Of a DNA stretch of 64,000 bases, positions 1 to 12,371 are shown piece after piece. Where the stretch lies: positions 180,172,001-180,236,000 of the forward strand of contig OZ360223.1 of the NCBI GenBank assembly GCA_977017645.1, given 5' to 3'. The translations under genes were made by a program, and so were the position numbers. Every line of letters starts with the position of its first letter. The stretch's first letter is position 1. This stretch comes from Torpedo marmorata (Eukaryota). Under the pieces are notes generated by a model. The model saw nothing but the letters and a program-made list of their open reading frames with translations, made no database searches and was not told the DNA's origin.

Positions 1-340
1 ATTATATAAATAGAATAAGGCTTAGAAGGATGTGGACCAAATATAGAACTCCAACTTGGTCGGAATTGTTTTCTGCTATATGACTCTACATTAAATTTAT
101 TCATGCTCTTAAAATGGAGAAAGGCAGCTTATTTGACACTATCAAGAAGCAGTACACCAGGAATTTTATTCCTGCAGCTAAATTTGTGAAAAAGTGTATA
201 GCACCTAGTAGCACATGACATGTCCTTAAGCATGGATATCCTGGTCTCTCGATATTCATGTGTGAGTTCATATTATGATTCAGTTGGACAGGTGTGCCTG
301 CTTTGCAGCGATTGTCTCAGACAGTCTGGAACATTTCAGT

Positions 341-1470
341 GCAATGCACTAAAGTGCTGGAGAAACTCAGCAGGTCATGCAGCATCTAGGATTCTATTCC
401 TTTCTCTCAATTCCTCCGCCTCATTGCATCTGCTCCCAGGATAAGGTCTTCCATTCCAGAACATCCAAGATTTCTTCCTTCTTCAAAAAACTGCCATTAA
501 CTCAGCCCTTACCAACATCTGCATTTCCCATACATCTGCTCTGACCCCCTCCGCCCCGAGGCGCAACAAGAACAGGGTTTCCCTTATCCTCACCTACCAC
601 CCTGCCAGCATCCGCATCCAAAATGTTATCATCTGCAATTTCCCCCACCTACAATGTGGACCCACCACCACACACATCTTCCCTTCCCCTCTCCGCATTC
701 CGCAGAGACCACTCCCTCTGGGGCTCCCTCTTCCTCGCATCCCTTCCCACTGATCGCCCCCTTGATACCTACCCCTGTGACTGCAAGGAATGCTACACTT
801 GCGGCCACACCTCCTCCCTCTGCAGGGGTTATCTACTGCATCCGGTGCTCCCATTGTGGCCTCCTCTCCATTGGAGAGACTGGACGCAGAGTGGGAGATC
901 GTTTTGTTGAGCACCTTCGCTCTGCCCACTGCAATAACAGGGACCTCCCAGTGGCCGACAATTTTAATTCCACACACCATTCCCACACCGACCTGTCTAT
1001 CCATGGCCTCATGCACTGCCAAAGCAAGGCTACCCCCAAATTGGAGGAACAACACCTAATATTCTGTCAGGGTACTCTACAGATCGCTTGACTATCGACC
1101 TCCAGTTTCTGTTAAACCCCTACCTCAAGTCTCTCTCTTTCACTATCCCTCTGTCTCCTTTTCTCCAGCTCCCCATCCCCTTCCCTTCCATCCCCATTCA
1201 AAGACCTACCCCCTTCCCCTATCATTTCCCAGATTTCTACCCTCCCACCTATATCCACCTGTGACTTCTTACCTGTTAGCCTGTGCTCTTCCCCCTGCCC
1301 CTTCCTCCCTCCTTTTCTCCCCCCAACCTGCTTTAGACCTTGACAAAGGCTCAGGCCCAAAAAGTTGATTACCCTTTATTTCCTATGGATGCTGCATGAC
1401 TTGCTGAGTTTCTCCAGCATTTTTGTGTATACCACCACAATCCTAGCATCTGCAGACTTTCCTGTTTAAG
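341..1470 (+). mobile_element. Penelope-like retroelement, 5'-truncated (RT C-terminus remnant + GIY-YIG endonuclease) with inverted ends
   Basis: ORF 654..1091 contains VIYCIRCSHCGLLSIGETGRRVGDRFVEHL (GIY-YIG). Left end TGCTGGAGAAACTCAGCAGGTCATGCAGCATC is the inverse of ~1388-1419. TSD TGGAACATTT(C/A)AGT at 327-340 and 1471-1484. Confidence 0.85.
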
Positions 1471-3521
1471 TGGAACATTTAAGTTCAAGTTTATTTCAGA
1501 TGTACTGTAGTGCAGTGAGAAAGTTTGTTTTATGAGCAGTCCAGCTAGTCAACCCATACAGATTACAGCAAGAAAAACACAGGACAGGGTGCAGAGTCAC
1601 AGAGAGAAATCAGTTCATAGAGAGCAACAGCAACATTATTTTATGGATCGCAAGTTTAAAGATTTTGACATTTTAATAGTTTAAGGGTGCAACCTGGCAT
1701 ATAAATGTGGGATATTTGTGCCTCTCTTACCCTGCAAATGAACTTGAGGGATTAAATAATGCCAGATGCTCCTAAACTTGAAGCTTTACCTGCAATGTCA
1801 GCACATGTTCACTGAGATATGTTTCTAGATCAGAGTGTAGCTAAAATTGCTTCAGTCAGGCAGCATACCTCAATCTCAAAATTTCAATGCAATAATGTAT
1901 ATTTATATCAGCAATGAAAATCACAATTCATATCAGTTTAGAATAATAAAATATTATGATACAATAGCAGAACATTCAGATATTCAAATATGCACCATGA
2001 TTCTCTCCACATGATCTGTTTAATCCTACTCTCCTCCTTAACTTTTGTTCTCCCTACTATTTCAAGTCATGATCTAATGCACGTTTAAAATTACTCATTC
2101 ATAATGATGTGTGACAGAGAATTTCACATTTTAATCACCATCAGTAGCATTTTACTAATTTCCTTTTTAATTTTGTTTTGATTGTTTTAAATACTCTTGG
2201 CACCATGACATTGTCCAGTGAAAACACTATCACAACATGCCCGAATGTTTGCTTCCATTTATTTTTGGGTGCTTTTATCAGGCCATCACTTTGCCTTCTC
2301 AGCTACAGTCAAACTAAACTCTCTTCACTGCAACTCTATCTTTGTTAAGTTCTGAAGCTTTATCTTGGTTGCATATTCTCTTTATTGTCTGGTATCAGAA
2401 ACTGCATGGTAACTGTCTTCCAAAGCATCAGGTCATTCAGGGATAAGTGTAGCATAGTTAATCCACAGTGCACAGATGCATCAAGCAGGTCACTAACGCT
2501 CATTTCACATGAACAACCAGCTGAGGAGAAAAAAATAAACAATGCTTATAGATTCACAATAACCAGTTCATGGGTTCCTGCAAGGTGTGTAATGTTCCAG
2601 TCATAAAAATCCAAATACAGGGAAATGTGCATTATTGCTTTTAAATTGTACTATAATACAATTTGGGAAGCTGTATTTCCTTCAAAATAAAAACCCAGAG
2701 CAAGATTTTAAAAAAAGGCCCTAAAATGAATTCTAAAATAGCTGACAACCCTATTGTTTTCTCCAAATGTCGTTGAGCTTCTGAAAGCTTCTTCACTTAC
2801 CATCCTGCACTCGTGCTTTCTCTTGTGCCCTGCTGCTGTTCTTCTACAAACAACTATGTACATCTTCCTATGGTAGTGTTATGTGGCACAAAACATCATG
2901 CCATCTCTCTGAGACGTTAAAGTATGGTCCAAATTCTCAAGACAGTGTTGGCGCATATACAGTTCTGGCTCTGAAGTATCTGTGGTGTTTATCAAGCATA
3001 CAAGTTGTGCAGAATACAAGAAAATAAAAGCAGGATCGGGCTACTTGGCCCCTCAAGCCTGTGCTACCATTCAATATGATCATGACCTTAACTCCTTTTC
3101 TTTGCCTTAATACCCTCTGTCCTTCAAAAAATTATATTTGCCAAGTCATGAACCATGTTTTGTCATGTTTTGAAAGTACTAGCTGACAAATATTTGCTGT
3201 ACACTCAAGTGTATAATTATTTAGTAATGGGGAACATTTAGATTTTTTTTCTGCAAATAAACAGTGAGAAATTGCATACACAATAACACAAGCATATTTG
3301 CACAAGAAAAAATAAAGTGTTCTCGCCTCTACTTTCCTACTGAGGTAATTTCATTATCAATTGATCATTTTTAGGAAACTCACTGAGGTAGCTTAGTTAA
3401 AGTCAAAAGGTGATGGAACTGTTGACTAATAAAGGTTTCTGGGCAATAAAACTAATTTCAGGCTCAATAATTTCCTGCTCCCTATGTTTATATCATTTAG
3501 TTCTGTTGTACTATTATGCAG

Positions 3522-4890
3522 TAAAAACACAAAAATGCTGGAGGAACTCAGCAGGCAGTACAGCGTCCATAGGAGGTAAAGATGTATAACCAACATTTTG
3601 GGCCTGAGCCCTTCGTCAAGGGTTAGGTTTAGGGTTAGGATTAGGTTGTCAATATGCGGACAGCAGGATAATTATCCCTCTTGTGTTCACTGGCCTCCCC
3701 TCTCAGAGGTTCTCTGTCACTATAAACTGCCACTTTTGGTTGGCCCATGCTTTCATTATCCTGTACCTGTTTCTAGCTTTTTTGGTGGGATCAGTGCCTT
3801 GCTTCTTCTCCGGTATTTATTGTACCTTTTGGTATGTCCTGGGTTGCGACCATCCTCTGTCTAGTGGGTGACCTTATATTTATCCCTTAGGATTAGGGTT
3901 TGGTGTGGGATTTGGGATGGAGTTAGGTGTGAGATTAGGGTTAGTTGGGGGGTTATGGTTTGGGTTAGGGTTGGGGTAGGGGGGTTGAGGTTGGGGTTAT
4001 TTGGGGAGTTCAGATTGGGGTTAGGGTTATTCTCATTTGGGCTCAGGCCCAAAATGAGAATAAAGCAGACAGGTGCCTGGAGAGGGAAGAATGGGCAGGG
4101 GGAGGAATACAGACCAACAGACAAAAGGTGTTAATGGGTATAGATGGGACACAGGAGAGAGGAAAGGTGAGAAGTGGCTGGGGGAGGGGGGGTTTTGTGG
4201 TTCTGTGGAAGCAGAGATCGGGGAAAGGAGACAGAGGGAAAATGGAAGAGGGAGAGAGAGATCTGGAGGAAAGGAAACATGGGGAAAGAAAGGGGGGAGG
4301 GTGGGGCTAACAGAAACCGGAGAAGTCGATGTTAATACCATCCAGTTGGAGGGTGCCCAGTCGAATATATGAGGTGTTCCTCCAATTTGCAGGTGGTCTC
4401 AGTCTGGCAGCGCATGACGCCATGGACAGACATGTCGGCAAAAGAATGGAGCAGGGAATTGAAATGGGTGGCCACTGGGAGATCCCTGCTATTGCAGCGG
4501 ACAGAGCCGAGGTGCTCAACGAAGTGATCTCCCAGTCGCCGTCCAGTCTCTCTGATGTAGAGGAGACCACAACGGGAGGACCGGATGCAGTAGATGACCC
4601 CTGCAGATTCATAAGTGAAGTGTTGCTTCACTTGGAAGGACTGTTTGGGGCCCCAAATTGAGGTGAGGGCTAAAGTGTGGCTGCAAGTGGAGAACCTCCT
4701 GCAGTCATATCCACAACTGTTTAATTCAGGCACCTGCCTGCTTTTCATTCATAACTTGAAAAAGGGCTCAGGCCTAAACATCAGTTATATATCTTTACCT
4801 CCTATGGACGCTGCGAGACCTGCTGAGTTCCTCCAGCATTTTTGTGTTTTTACTACAATCACAGCGTCTGCAGACTTTTGTGTTTGATAA
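3522..4890 (-). mobile_element. Penelope-like retroelement fragment (GIY-YIG) with inverted terminal structure
   Basis: ORF 4332..4748(-) has FTYESAGVIYCIRSSRCGLLYIRETGRRLGDHFVEH. ~100-bp inverted ends (3522-3620 vs ~4755-4855). TSD TGTAC(T/G)ATT(A/G)TGCAG at 3507-3521 and 4891-4905. Confidence 0.85.
3620..4030 (+). repeat. Degenerate (TTAGGG)n-like tracts (3620-3647, 3885-4030) flanking ~240 bp of unique sequence
   Basis: Runs such as GGTTAGGTTTAGGGTTAGGATTAGG, GATTAGGGTTAG and GGGTTAGGGTTGGGG are read directly. Confidence 0.7.
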
Positions 4891-4978
4891 TGTACGATTG
4901 TGCAGCAACTATTCCTGGTCATAAAACTCAAGCACAGATTTGGGGAGATTCATTTAAGGGTCATCTAATGTGCTGCAG

Positions 4979-5159
4979 GATGAAGATGGAAAAGGACTAT
5001 CTGATGAAGAGATCCGAGCAGAGGTTGACACCTTCATGTTTGAAGGTCAGCAAGTGGAATATCTTGGCTCCTGTACTGTCTGGCCCAACACCCGGAACAC
5101 CAGCAAAAGTGGAGGGAAGAAATCCAGGAGCTTCTCAAGCAGCACAAACAAATTGAATG
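4979..5159 (+). pseudogene. CYP4B1: CYP4 I-helix exon (exon 8 equivalent) with 10-bp frameshifting deletion
   Basis: cag|[23 protein letters not shown], then in the shifted frame [36 protein letters not shown](W)|gtgagt. The HDTT codons are missing. Confidence 0.9.
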
Positions 5160-5288
5160 GTGAGTTTTAAATAAATATTTTGTCTGTTGTTACATGGAAA
5201 TGGAAAAGAAAAACACTTTTCCAAGTTTGGAGATTGTGCAAAAAGCATGATTCTGCTGAATTTATCTTGGCCTGCGAGTGAGCTTGGT

Positions 5289-5619
5289 TACAGAACATTT
5301 TCAAGTACCTCTCTTATCCAGCGCTCTGTGGTCCGGCAACTCCCATGGTCCGGCACTTTTGAATCTGCTGCTGTTAGTACAAACTCCTTACAGACAGCGC
5401 GGGACTCGAACCCCGGTCCCGATCGCTGGCGCTGTAAAGGCGTTGCGCTAACCGCGACGCCAACCGTGCCGCCCCACAATATTATTTCCTGTTTTAAGCT
5501 TTGTTCTACCTTTGATATGTTTACATAGGGGGTACCCTTAGGGGTCAATTTCTGTTTTCCGGTATTTTCTGTGGTCCGGCAATGGCCAACGTCGCTGGAT
5601 AAAAGAGGTACAACCTGTA
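5289..5619. mobile_element. Short Tigger/pogo-like MITE
   Basis: Inverted ends GTACCTCTCTTATCCAGCG ... CGCTGGATAAAAGAGGTAC; TA-CAG...CTG-TA borders. Confidence 0.55.
5377..5475 (-). mobile_element. tRNA-derived SINE head (V-SINE/HE1-like)
   Basis: Minus strand GGGCGGCACGGTTGGCGTCGCGGTTAGC (A box) ... GGTTCGAGTCC (B box) ... CTGTCTGTAAGGAGTTTGTAC. Confidence 0.75.
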
Positions 5620-5741
5620 TATGGTGCAGTATTCTCCCTTATGAACCACAGGCTGTGCAACAATTATTCAACTGATGGTCGAGCAACTCTGCACTGAATT
5701 TGGAAGAACCTGTATGACTAAAACAACCCATAAAGCAGCAG

Positions 5742-6003
5742 TACAAACACAATGCTGGAGAAACTCAGCAGGTCAAACAGCGTATTTTATATAGCAAAGA
5801 TAAAGATACATAACCAACATTTCGGGCCAGAGCCGTTCATCAAGATATGAGCAAAACGTAGGCAGGCACCTGAATATCGGGCCCGAAACATTGGATATGT
5901 ATCTTTATCTTTGCTATATAAAATACGCTGTTTGAACTGCTGAGTTTCTCCAGCATTGCGTTTTTACTTCAATCACGGCGTCTGCAGACTTTCGTGTTTT
6001 ACT
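5742..6003. mobile_element. Non-coding Penelope-derived fold-back element (two inverted terminal units)
   Basis: ~80-bp near-perfect inverted repeat (5745-5827 vs 5880-5964), same terminal sequence as neighbouring Penelope copies. Exact 14-bp TSD CCATAAAGCAGCAG at 5728-5741 and 6004-6017. Confidence 0.85.
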
Positions 6004-6056
6004 CCATAAAGCAGCAGATCAGATTCATTGTAAGCCTATGTTTTTACTGTTATAAA

Positions 6057-7120
6057 ATCAGAATCAGAATCGGAATTTATTGTCATGAACAAGTCATGAA
6101 ATTCGGTGTTTTGTGGCAGCATCATAGTGCAATTAATATTCATATTATAACCATCTTACAACATTACTATAAAAAATTATAAATAGTAGTGCACGAAAAG
6201 TAAGGCAGTGTCTTTGGTTCATTGATTATTCAGGAATCTGATGGCAGCGGGGAAGAAGCTGTCCTTGTGCCGTTGAGTGCTCGTCTTTAGGCTCCTGTAC
6301 CTTTTTCCTGATGGTAGCAGAGTGAAGAGGGCACGGCCTGGGTGGTGGGTGTCTTTGAGGATAGAGGCTGCTTTTTTAAGACACCGCCTCATGTAGAAGG
6401 AATAATGGTATTGAAGGCCGAGCTGTAGTCGATGAAGAGCAGCCGTCTGTATCAATTGCTGTTTTCGAGGTGATCCAGAGCTGAGTGGAGAACCAGTGAT
6501 ATTGCATTTGCTGTGGAGCGATTGTGACGATAGGTGAATTGCAGTGGGTCCAAATCTTTGCTTAGGTACATGTTAATTCTGGCAATGACCAGCCTCTCAA
6601 AGCATTTCATCACAGTAGAAGTTAGTGCTACTGGGCGGTAGTCGTTGAGGCAGCCCACACTACTCTTGTGTACCGGGATGATTGATGCCCTTTTGAAACA
6701 GGTGGGAACCTCTGACTGCCGCAATGAGAGGTTGAAAATGTCCGTGAAAACTCCAGCTAGTTGGTTGGCACAGATTTTCAGTACCCTGCAAGGTACGCCT
6801 TGCGAGTGTTCACCCTCTTGAATGATGTTCTGACGTCGCCCTCAGAGACAGATATCACAGGGTCCTCAGCCTTCTTAGGGATTCTAGTAGGCACTGTTTG
6901 GTTCTTCTTCTCAAAGTGGGCATAGAAGGTATTCAGCTCATCGGGTAGTGAAGCATCACAGCCATCTAGAGTGTTCGCCCTCGCTTTGTAGGCTGTAATG
7001 GCCTGCACTCCCTGCCATAGCTGGCATGTATCTGTCTCTGTCTCTAGCTTCCTCCGGAATTGCCACTTTGCTTCAGAGATGGCCTTCCGCAGGTCGTACC
7101 TGGACTTCTTGTAAAGATCC
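6057..7120 (-). mobile_element. Rex1/Babar LINE fragment with large internal deletion
   Basis: [13 protein letters not shown]...[21 protein letters not shown]; C-terminus ...[12 protein letters not shown]; (TTCTGA)n tail. Most of the RT core is missing at ~6397. Confidence 0.85.
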
Positions 7121-7469
7121 CGGTCCCCAAATCCACAAATCACACATCCAGTGCTCCCTTTCAAAGTAGACTTTCTGTAAAAGACCCTGGAGAATTATTT
7201 TACAGAAGAGTAGGAAAATTATCCAAAATATCTTGGTCAAGTTTACCCCTCCACCCACACCACTTAATAAAATAATATCTGTTCACATCCAAACTGCTGT
7301 TTGAAGGGATGTGCTTGGTACAAATTGACCATCACGTATGCTGCTCAGTGGAATCCTCTAACCCAGATGCTCAGTCATTGATGGAGATGATAGATTTTGG
7401 GCATTGAAGGAATCAATGAATTTGCAAGCGAGCTCATGTTGTATTACAGACGTGTTGCGTAGAATGGAC

Positions 7470-7745
7470 CAGTGATAAGAGTTCAAATCTCCACTGAAGT
7501 TGCAAAATTTAAATTCACGTAATCAAGTAAATATACAATTTGGGAGAAAAACTGCTGGTCTTTGTAATAATAACCTGATTGTTCTGAAAATCAATCTGGT
7601 TCACTAATGTCCTTCGGGGAAAGAAAGCTGCCATCCTTACCAGATCTGGCCTGCTGGTGACTCTGGACTCTTAAATGTGGATGATTCCAAACTGACTGCC
7701 CAGTTTTAGGGGAATTAAGAATAACAATAAATGCCTGCATTGGCA
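7470..7745 (+). mobile_element. Old SINE-like repeat (second copy at ~60157-60325)
   Basis: Shared core ATCTGGTTCACT(A/C)ATGTCCTTC...ACC(A/T)GATCTG(G/A)CCT...ACTC; B-box-like GAGTTCAAATC. Confidence 0.5.
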
Positions 7746-8519
7746 GTATATGAATGAAATATTCAAATAAAATTAGCCAACTAACCTTCACTTAAGCAGG
7801 TGATGCACATATATCCATCAGAGGAGAATTAATTGCACAGCCAGAGGTAAACAAGAGAGGATGGAGACTGACCTAAGCTGATTAGTGGGGAAGTTGAGTT
7901 AAGATGGAGGATCATGCTTATTGACGGCCAACACAATCTTGATGGACTGCATGACTGCCTTCTTTTTCTATTTCTTATGTTCTATTTCTTATGTTTCTTT
8001 TGTTCTACTAAATGTTTAAACTTCAGTTTAAATTTTTACTTGCATAATAAGCAAATGGCATAGAAAGACACTTCCTTTAAGATTGTTTAAATCAATGAAG
8101 GACATTGAATAAACGTACATTCCACAAATAAAATGGTCCTTCTTGCAGCGTCCCGAACATCATCAAGTTGTCCCTCAATGATTAACTTTACTGGCAGTCA
8201 CATTGCTCTTGATATGAGTATTTGGTCATCTTGAGGTTAACGAGCACGAGCTGTGAAGCTGCATTGGCTGTGAAGTGCTTCAGGGACATCGTGAAAGGTA
8301 TAATGGAGATACAAGGTTTTCATTTCATTGTTCTTCTTTTGCAATGTTGCTATTACATTCTTAAGCATGAAAGTTGGCCTTAAGAACCATTTGCAAACAA
8401 TGGAAAAAAAATTCTCACTAAGATACAGAACAGATCTGAGGATGCATTCTCAAATGAATGTTGCAGCTCAGCCTCCACTCTGAATTGTGCATGTCCAATT
8501 CAAATACCAAGAGCACATA

Positions 8520-10109
8520 CAGTGCCCTCCATAATGTTTGGGACAAAGACACTTTTTTCCTTTATTTGCCCCTGTGCTCCACAGTTTTAAATTTGTAATC
8601 AAACAATTCACATGTAATTAAAGTGCACATTACAGATTTTATTCAAGGTTATTTGTATATATTTTGGTTTTACCATGTAGAAATTATGGCACTTTTTATA
8701 CATAGCCCCCTCATTTTAGGGCACCATAATGTTTGGGACATTTGGCTTCACAGGTGTTTGTGAGTACTCAGGTATGTTTAATTGCTTCTTTGGTGCAGGT
8801 ATAAGAGAGCTAGGCTTGCTTCTAAGCTTTTGATCACCTTTGGAGTCTGTAGCTGCTATTTTTCCAACATGAGGACCAGAGTTGTGCCAATGAAAATTAA
8901 AGAAGCTATTATGAGGCTGAAAAACGAGAATAAAACAGTAAGAGACATTTCCCAAACCTTAGGATTACCAAAATCAACAGTTTGGTAGAAAGAAGAAAGA
9001 GAGTACTGGTGAGCTCAGTAATCGCAAAGGGACTGGTATTTCAAGGAAGACCTCCACTGCTGGTGACTAAAGAATTCTCATCATAATGAAGAAAAATCCC
9101 TAAACATATGTCGGACAGATCAGAAACACACTTCAGGAGGCAGATGTGGATAAATCAGCTGTCCACAGAAGACTTCATGAAAAGAAATACAGAGGCTACA
9201 CTGCAAGATGCAAACCACTCGCTAGCCACAGAAAGGATGGCCAGATTACAGTTTCCAAGAAGTATTTAAAAGAGCCTGCAGAATTCCGGAAAAAGGTCTT
9301 GTGGACAGATGAGACCAAGATTAACCTGCATCAGAGTGATGGCAAGAGCAAAATGTAGAGGTGAAAAGGAACTGCCCAAGATCCAAAGCATACCACCTTT
9401 GCCATGGTTTGCATCTTGCAATGTAGCGTCTGTATTTATGTTCATGAAGTCTTCTGCAGACAGTAGTCATTGACATATCCACACCTGCCTCCTGAAGTGT
9501 GTTTCTTATCTGTCGGACATACGTTCTGGGACTTTTCTTCATTATGATGAGAATTCTTCTATCATCAGCAGTGGAGGTTTCCTTGAAAAACCAGTCCCTT
9601 TGCGATTACTGAGCTCACCAGTACACTCTTTCTTCTTAATAATGTTCCAAACTGTTGATTTTGGTAATCCTAAGATGAGGGCAGTCTCTTACTGTTTTAT
9701 TCTTATTTTTCACGCTCATAATGGCTTCTTTGACTTTCATTGGCACAACTCTGGTCCTCATGTTGAAAAATGGCAACTACAGACTCCACAGGTGATCAAA
9801 AGCTTAGAAGCAAGCCTAGCTCTGTTATACCTGCACCGATGAAGCAATTAAACATACCTGAGTACTCACAAACACCTGTGAAGCCAAATGTCCCAAACAT
9901 TATGGTGCCCTGAAATAAGGGGGCTATGTATAAAAAGTGCTGTAATTTATACATGGTCAAACCAAAATGTATACAAATAACCTTGAATAAAATCTGTAAT
10001 GTGCACTTTAATTACATGTGAATTGTTTGATTACAAATTTAAAACTGTGGAGCACAGGGGCAAATAAAGGAAAAAAGTGTCCTTGTCATAAACATTATTG
10101 TGGGCACTG
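8520..10109. mobile_element. Tc1/mariner fold-back derivative (two head-to-head left halves, truncated transposase)
   Basis: TA|CAGTGCCCTCC...GGGCACTG ends. Arms ~8520-9217 and ~9405-10109 are inverted copies. Transposase fragments VRDISQTLGLPKSTVW and ARCKPL...KVLWTDETKINL. Confidence 0.9.
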
Positions 10110-10111
10110 TG

Positions 10112-10690
10112 TAAAGTAAATGGCAGGGACCTCAGGATGTTGTTGTACAGGGTGCAAATTCATAGCTGTCTATAAATGGTGACACCAGTGGATAGGGGGT
10201 AGTGAGGAAGGCCTTTGGCATGTAGCCTTCACAGGCCAAGGCACAGTCATGTTGCAACTTTACCAAGCATTGGTCATGCTGCACCTGGAGTATTGTGTGC
10301 AATTCTGATCACCACACTGGAAGAAGGATTAGAGAGTTCAGAAGAGATTCATCAGGATGTTGCACTGGAATGTAGGGGACCAAGGGGTGACCTTCTACAG
10401 CTTTATAAAATTATGAAGGGCATAGATCGGTCAGGTAGTCTATTTCCTTGGGTGGGGGAAATTGAAACTAGTGGGGCAGGTTTTTCACACATAGGCTGAT
10501 AGTTGTATGGAACAAGCTACCAGAAGAAGTGGTCGAGGCAGATCTAATTACAACTTTTAAAAGGCAATTGAACAGGTACTCGGCTAGGAAAGGAGTAGAG
10601 CGATATGGGCCTAATGTGAGCAAATGGGATTAGTGGAGATGGGTGTCATGGATAAGTTGGGCTAGAGTGCCCATTTCTGTGCTGTACAAC
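10112..10690 (+). mobile_element. Degraded CR1 LINE 3' fragment
   Basis: CACCTGGAGTATTGTGTGCAATTCTG (HLEYCVQF) and RGDLLQLYKIMKGIDR motifs. Confidence 0.7.
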
Positions 10691-10699
10691 ACTGTGACT

Positions 10700-11385
10700 C
10701 TTGGAACATCTGTACTGCCCGCATGGAGTCCCAAGGCAGCATAAACTTCCACAGATTTTCCCAGCTCTCAGGCTGGAAAAAATTGCGTGTTGACATCCAA
10801 GAGGTTAGTACTGGCCAGAAACTCAACTGGACGAGCCACATAAGTAATTCAGCTGCAGAGCATGCTGTGGTAAATGACTCAGCTTCTGACACTCCAAGAC
10901 CTTTCCACCATCTCCATGACACAAATCAGGAGTGCGAAGGAATGTTCTTCACTTGCTTGGACGTGTGCAAGGCCAACCACACTCAAAAAGCTCAACACCA
11001 GGGCAAAACAGCATTCCCTCCACCTCCCACACACAGTGGCAGCAGTGTATGCCATCTAGAAAATGAACTATGGTAGCTCGCCAAGGCTACTCTTGAAAAT
11101 TTATTCAAAACCTATGACCTCTACCATCAAGGACAAGGGCAGTAAGCACATGGGAATACCACTATCAGTGGGATCGCCTCCAAATCACACACAATTCTGA
11201 CTTGATCCTTAATCGTTGCTGGGTCTGAATCCTGGAACTTCCCACTCACTGTTGCAGAACCTCTCCTAGAAGAGTGCAGAAGTTCAAGAAGGCAGCTCAC
11301 CACCATCTTCTGAAAGACCATTAGGAATAGGTGGTAACTGCTGGCTTTGCTAGCAATGCCTAGATCCAAAAAATGATGAATAAAT
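10700..11385 (+). mobile_element. Degraded old LINE 3' fragment (CR1/L2 group)
   Basis: QKLNWTSHI remnant; 3' tail similar to the SINE-like repeats at ~7700 and ~60300. Confidence 0.5.
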
Positions 11386-12237
11386 ATAAAGAACCTTGAC
11401 ACTTGTCCATTGGTAAAACTACAGATCCTATCTTCAATATCAGTCTGCTCTTCTGAGCAAGTACTAAAAATGTGGCTGTAGTTGGTATGGTTCTTTACAT
11501 ATTGCAGAAAAGGATCCCACGTTGTCAGGGAAAACATTGATGTACAAAAGCAGGTCCAGGACCCTAGGTCACTTCTAGCTTCTCTACTATGAATTCTTCC
11601 TCCCAAATGCTCCGATGTCCATTTACCTGAGAGCCTGTGAGGCTACCTTTGAGGTACTTGGTGGTCTGCACTCACCTGAGGTGGTATTCTGCCTTTTAAA
11701 TAGCTCTCTGACAATACAGAGAAGACAGAGAGTTAAAATCAGCCCTGGACTCTCAGTCTGCACCCTTACAGCCCAGATCCTTAGTCAAGGTTATAATCAG
11801 CTCTGTGCAGAATGTGTCAGTTTTATTTGGGCTGCTAATTTATTATCATGAGGGAGGTTGCATGCTTGTAAGTGATTGAGCATGTGTGGGGCAGGGGTAC
11901 AGGAGCTGAGCTGGGATTCTTCCCAGAATTCTTTAGCAGTCAATGAATATATGGTGACCAAAAAATAAACATGGCACTGGGGCAGCAGAAGACCAGGAGC
12001 ACTCAAACCACTCCACAGTTGATTAATTGTGAGCAGTTCAACGTTCCTGTCTTCAGGCAGACCAGCTACTTAATGGGGCCTGAATCTCAGCTTTGGCTAG
12101 CAATAGTTCTCCTGGTTCAAGCACACATTGTGATCTCTTCATTAACCAGTGACATGCACTCCTCTGTTCTTTGGGATTGCTCATAAGGTCACCCTTCTCT
12201 TCCAAAGTCACAGTCACATCCTTTTGTTCCTTGGCAG

Positions 12238-12371
12238 GGAGCTGCTCAACAAGATGCCTTACATCACAATGTGCATAAAGGAGTCTCTGCGTCTTTACCC
12301 ACCAGTCCCAGGAATATCTAGGAGGCTGAACAAACCACTCACGTTCTTTGATGGGAGAACAGTACCGGAAG
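12238..12371 (+). pseudogene. CYP4B1: CYP4 K-helix exon (exon 9 equivalent), frame open
   Basis: ttggcag|(W)[44 protein letters not shown](G)|gt; 134 bp; phase matches the previous exon. Confidence 0.92.

Noticed and set aside
220-444. ORF containing MDILVSR as a possible CYP4 LDFLDILL exon
   Set aside because: No flanking similarity or suitable splice sites; upstream exons probably lie before the window.
5377-5475. tRNA gene
   Set aside because: Has A and B boxes but no closing acceptor stem, and runs into SINE body sequence.
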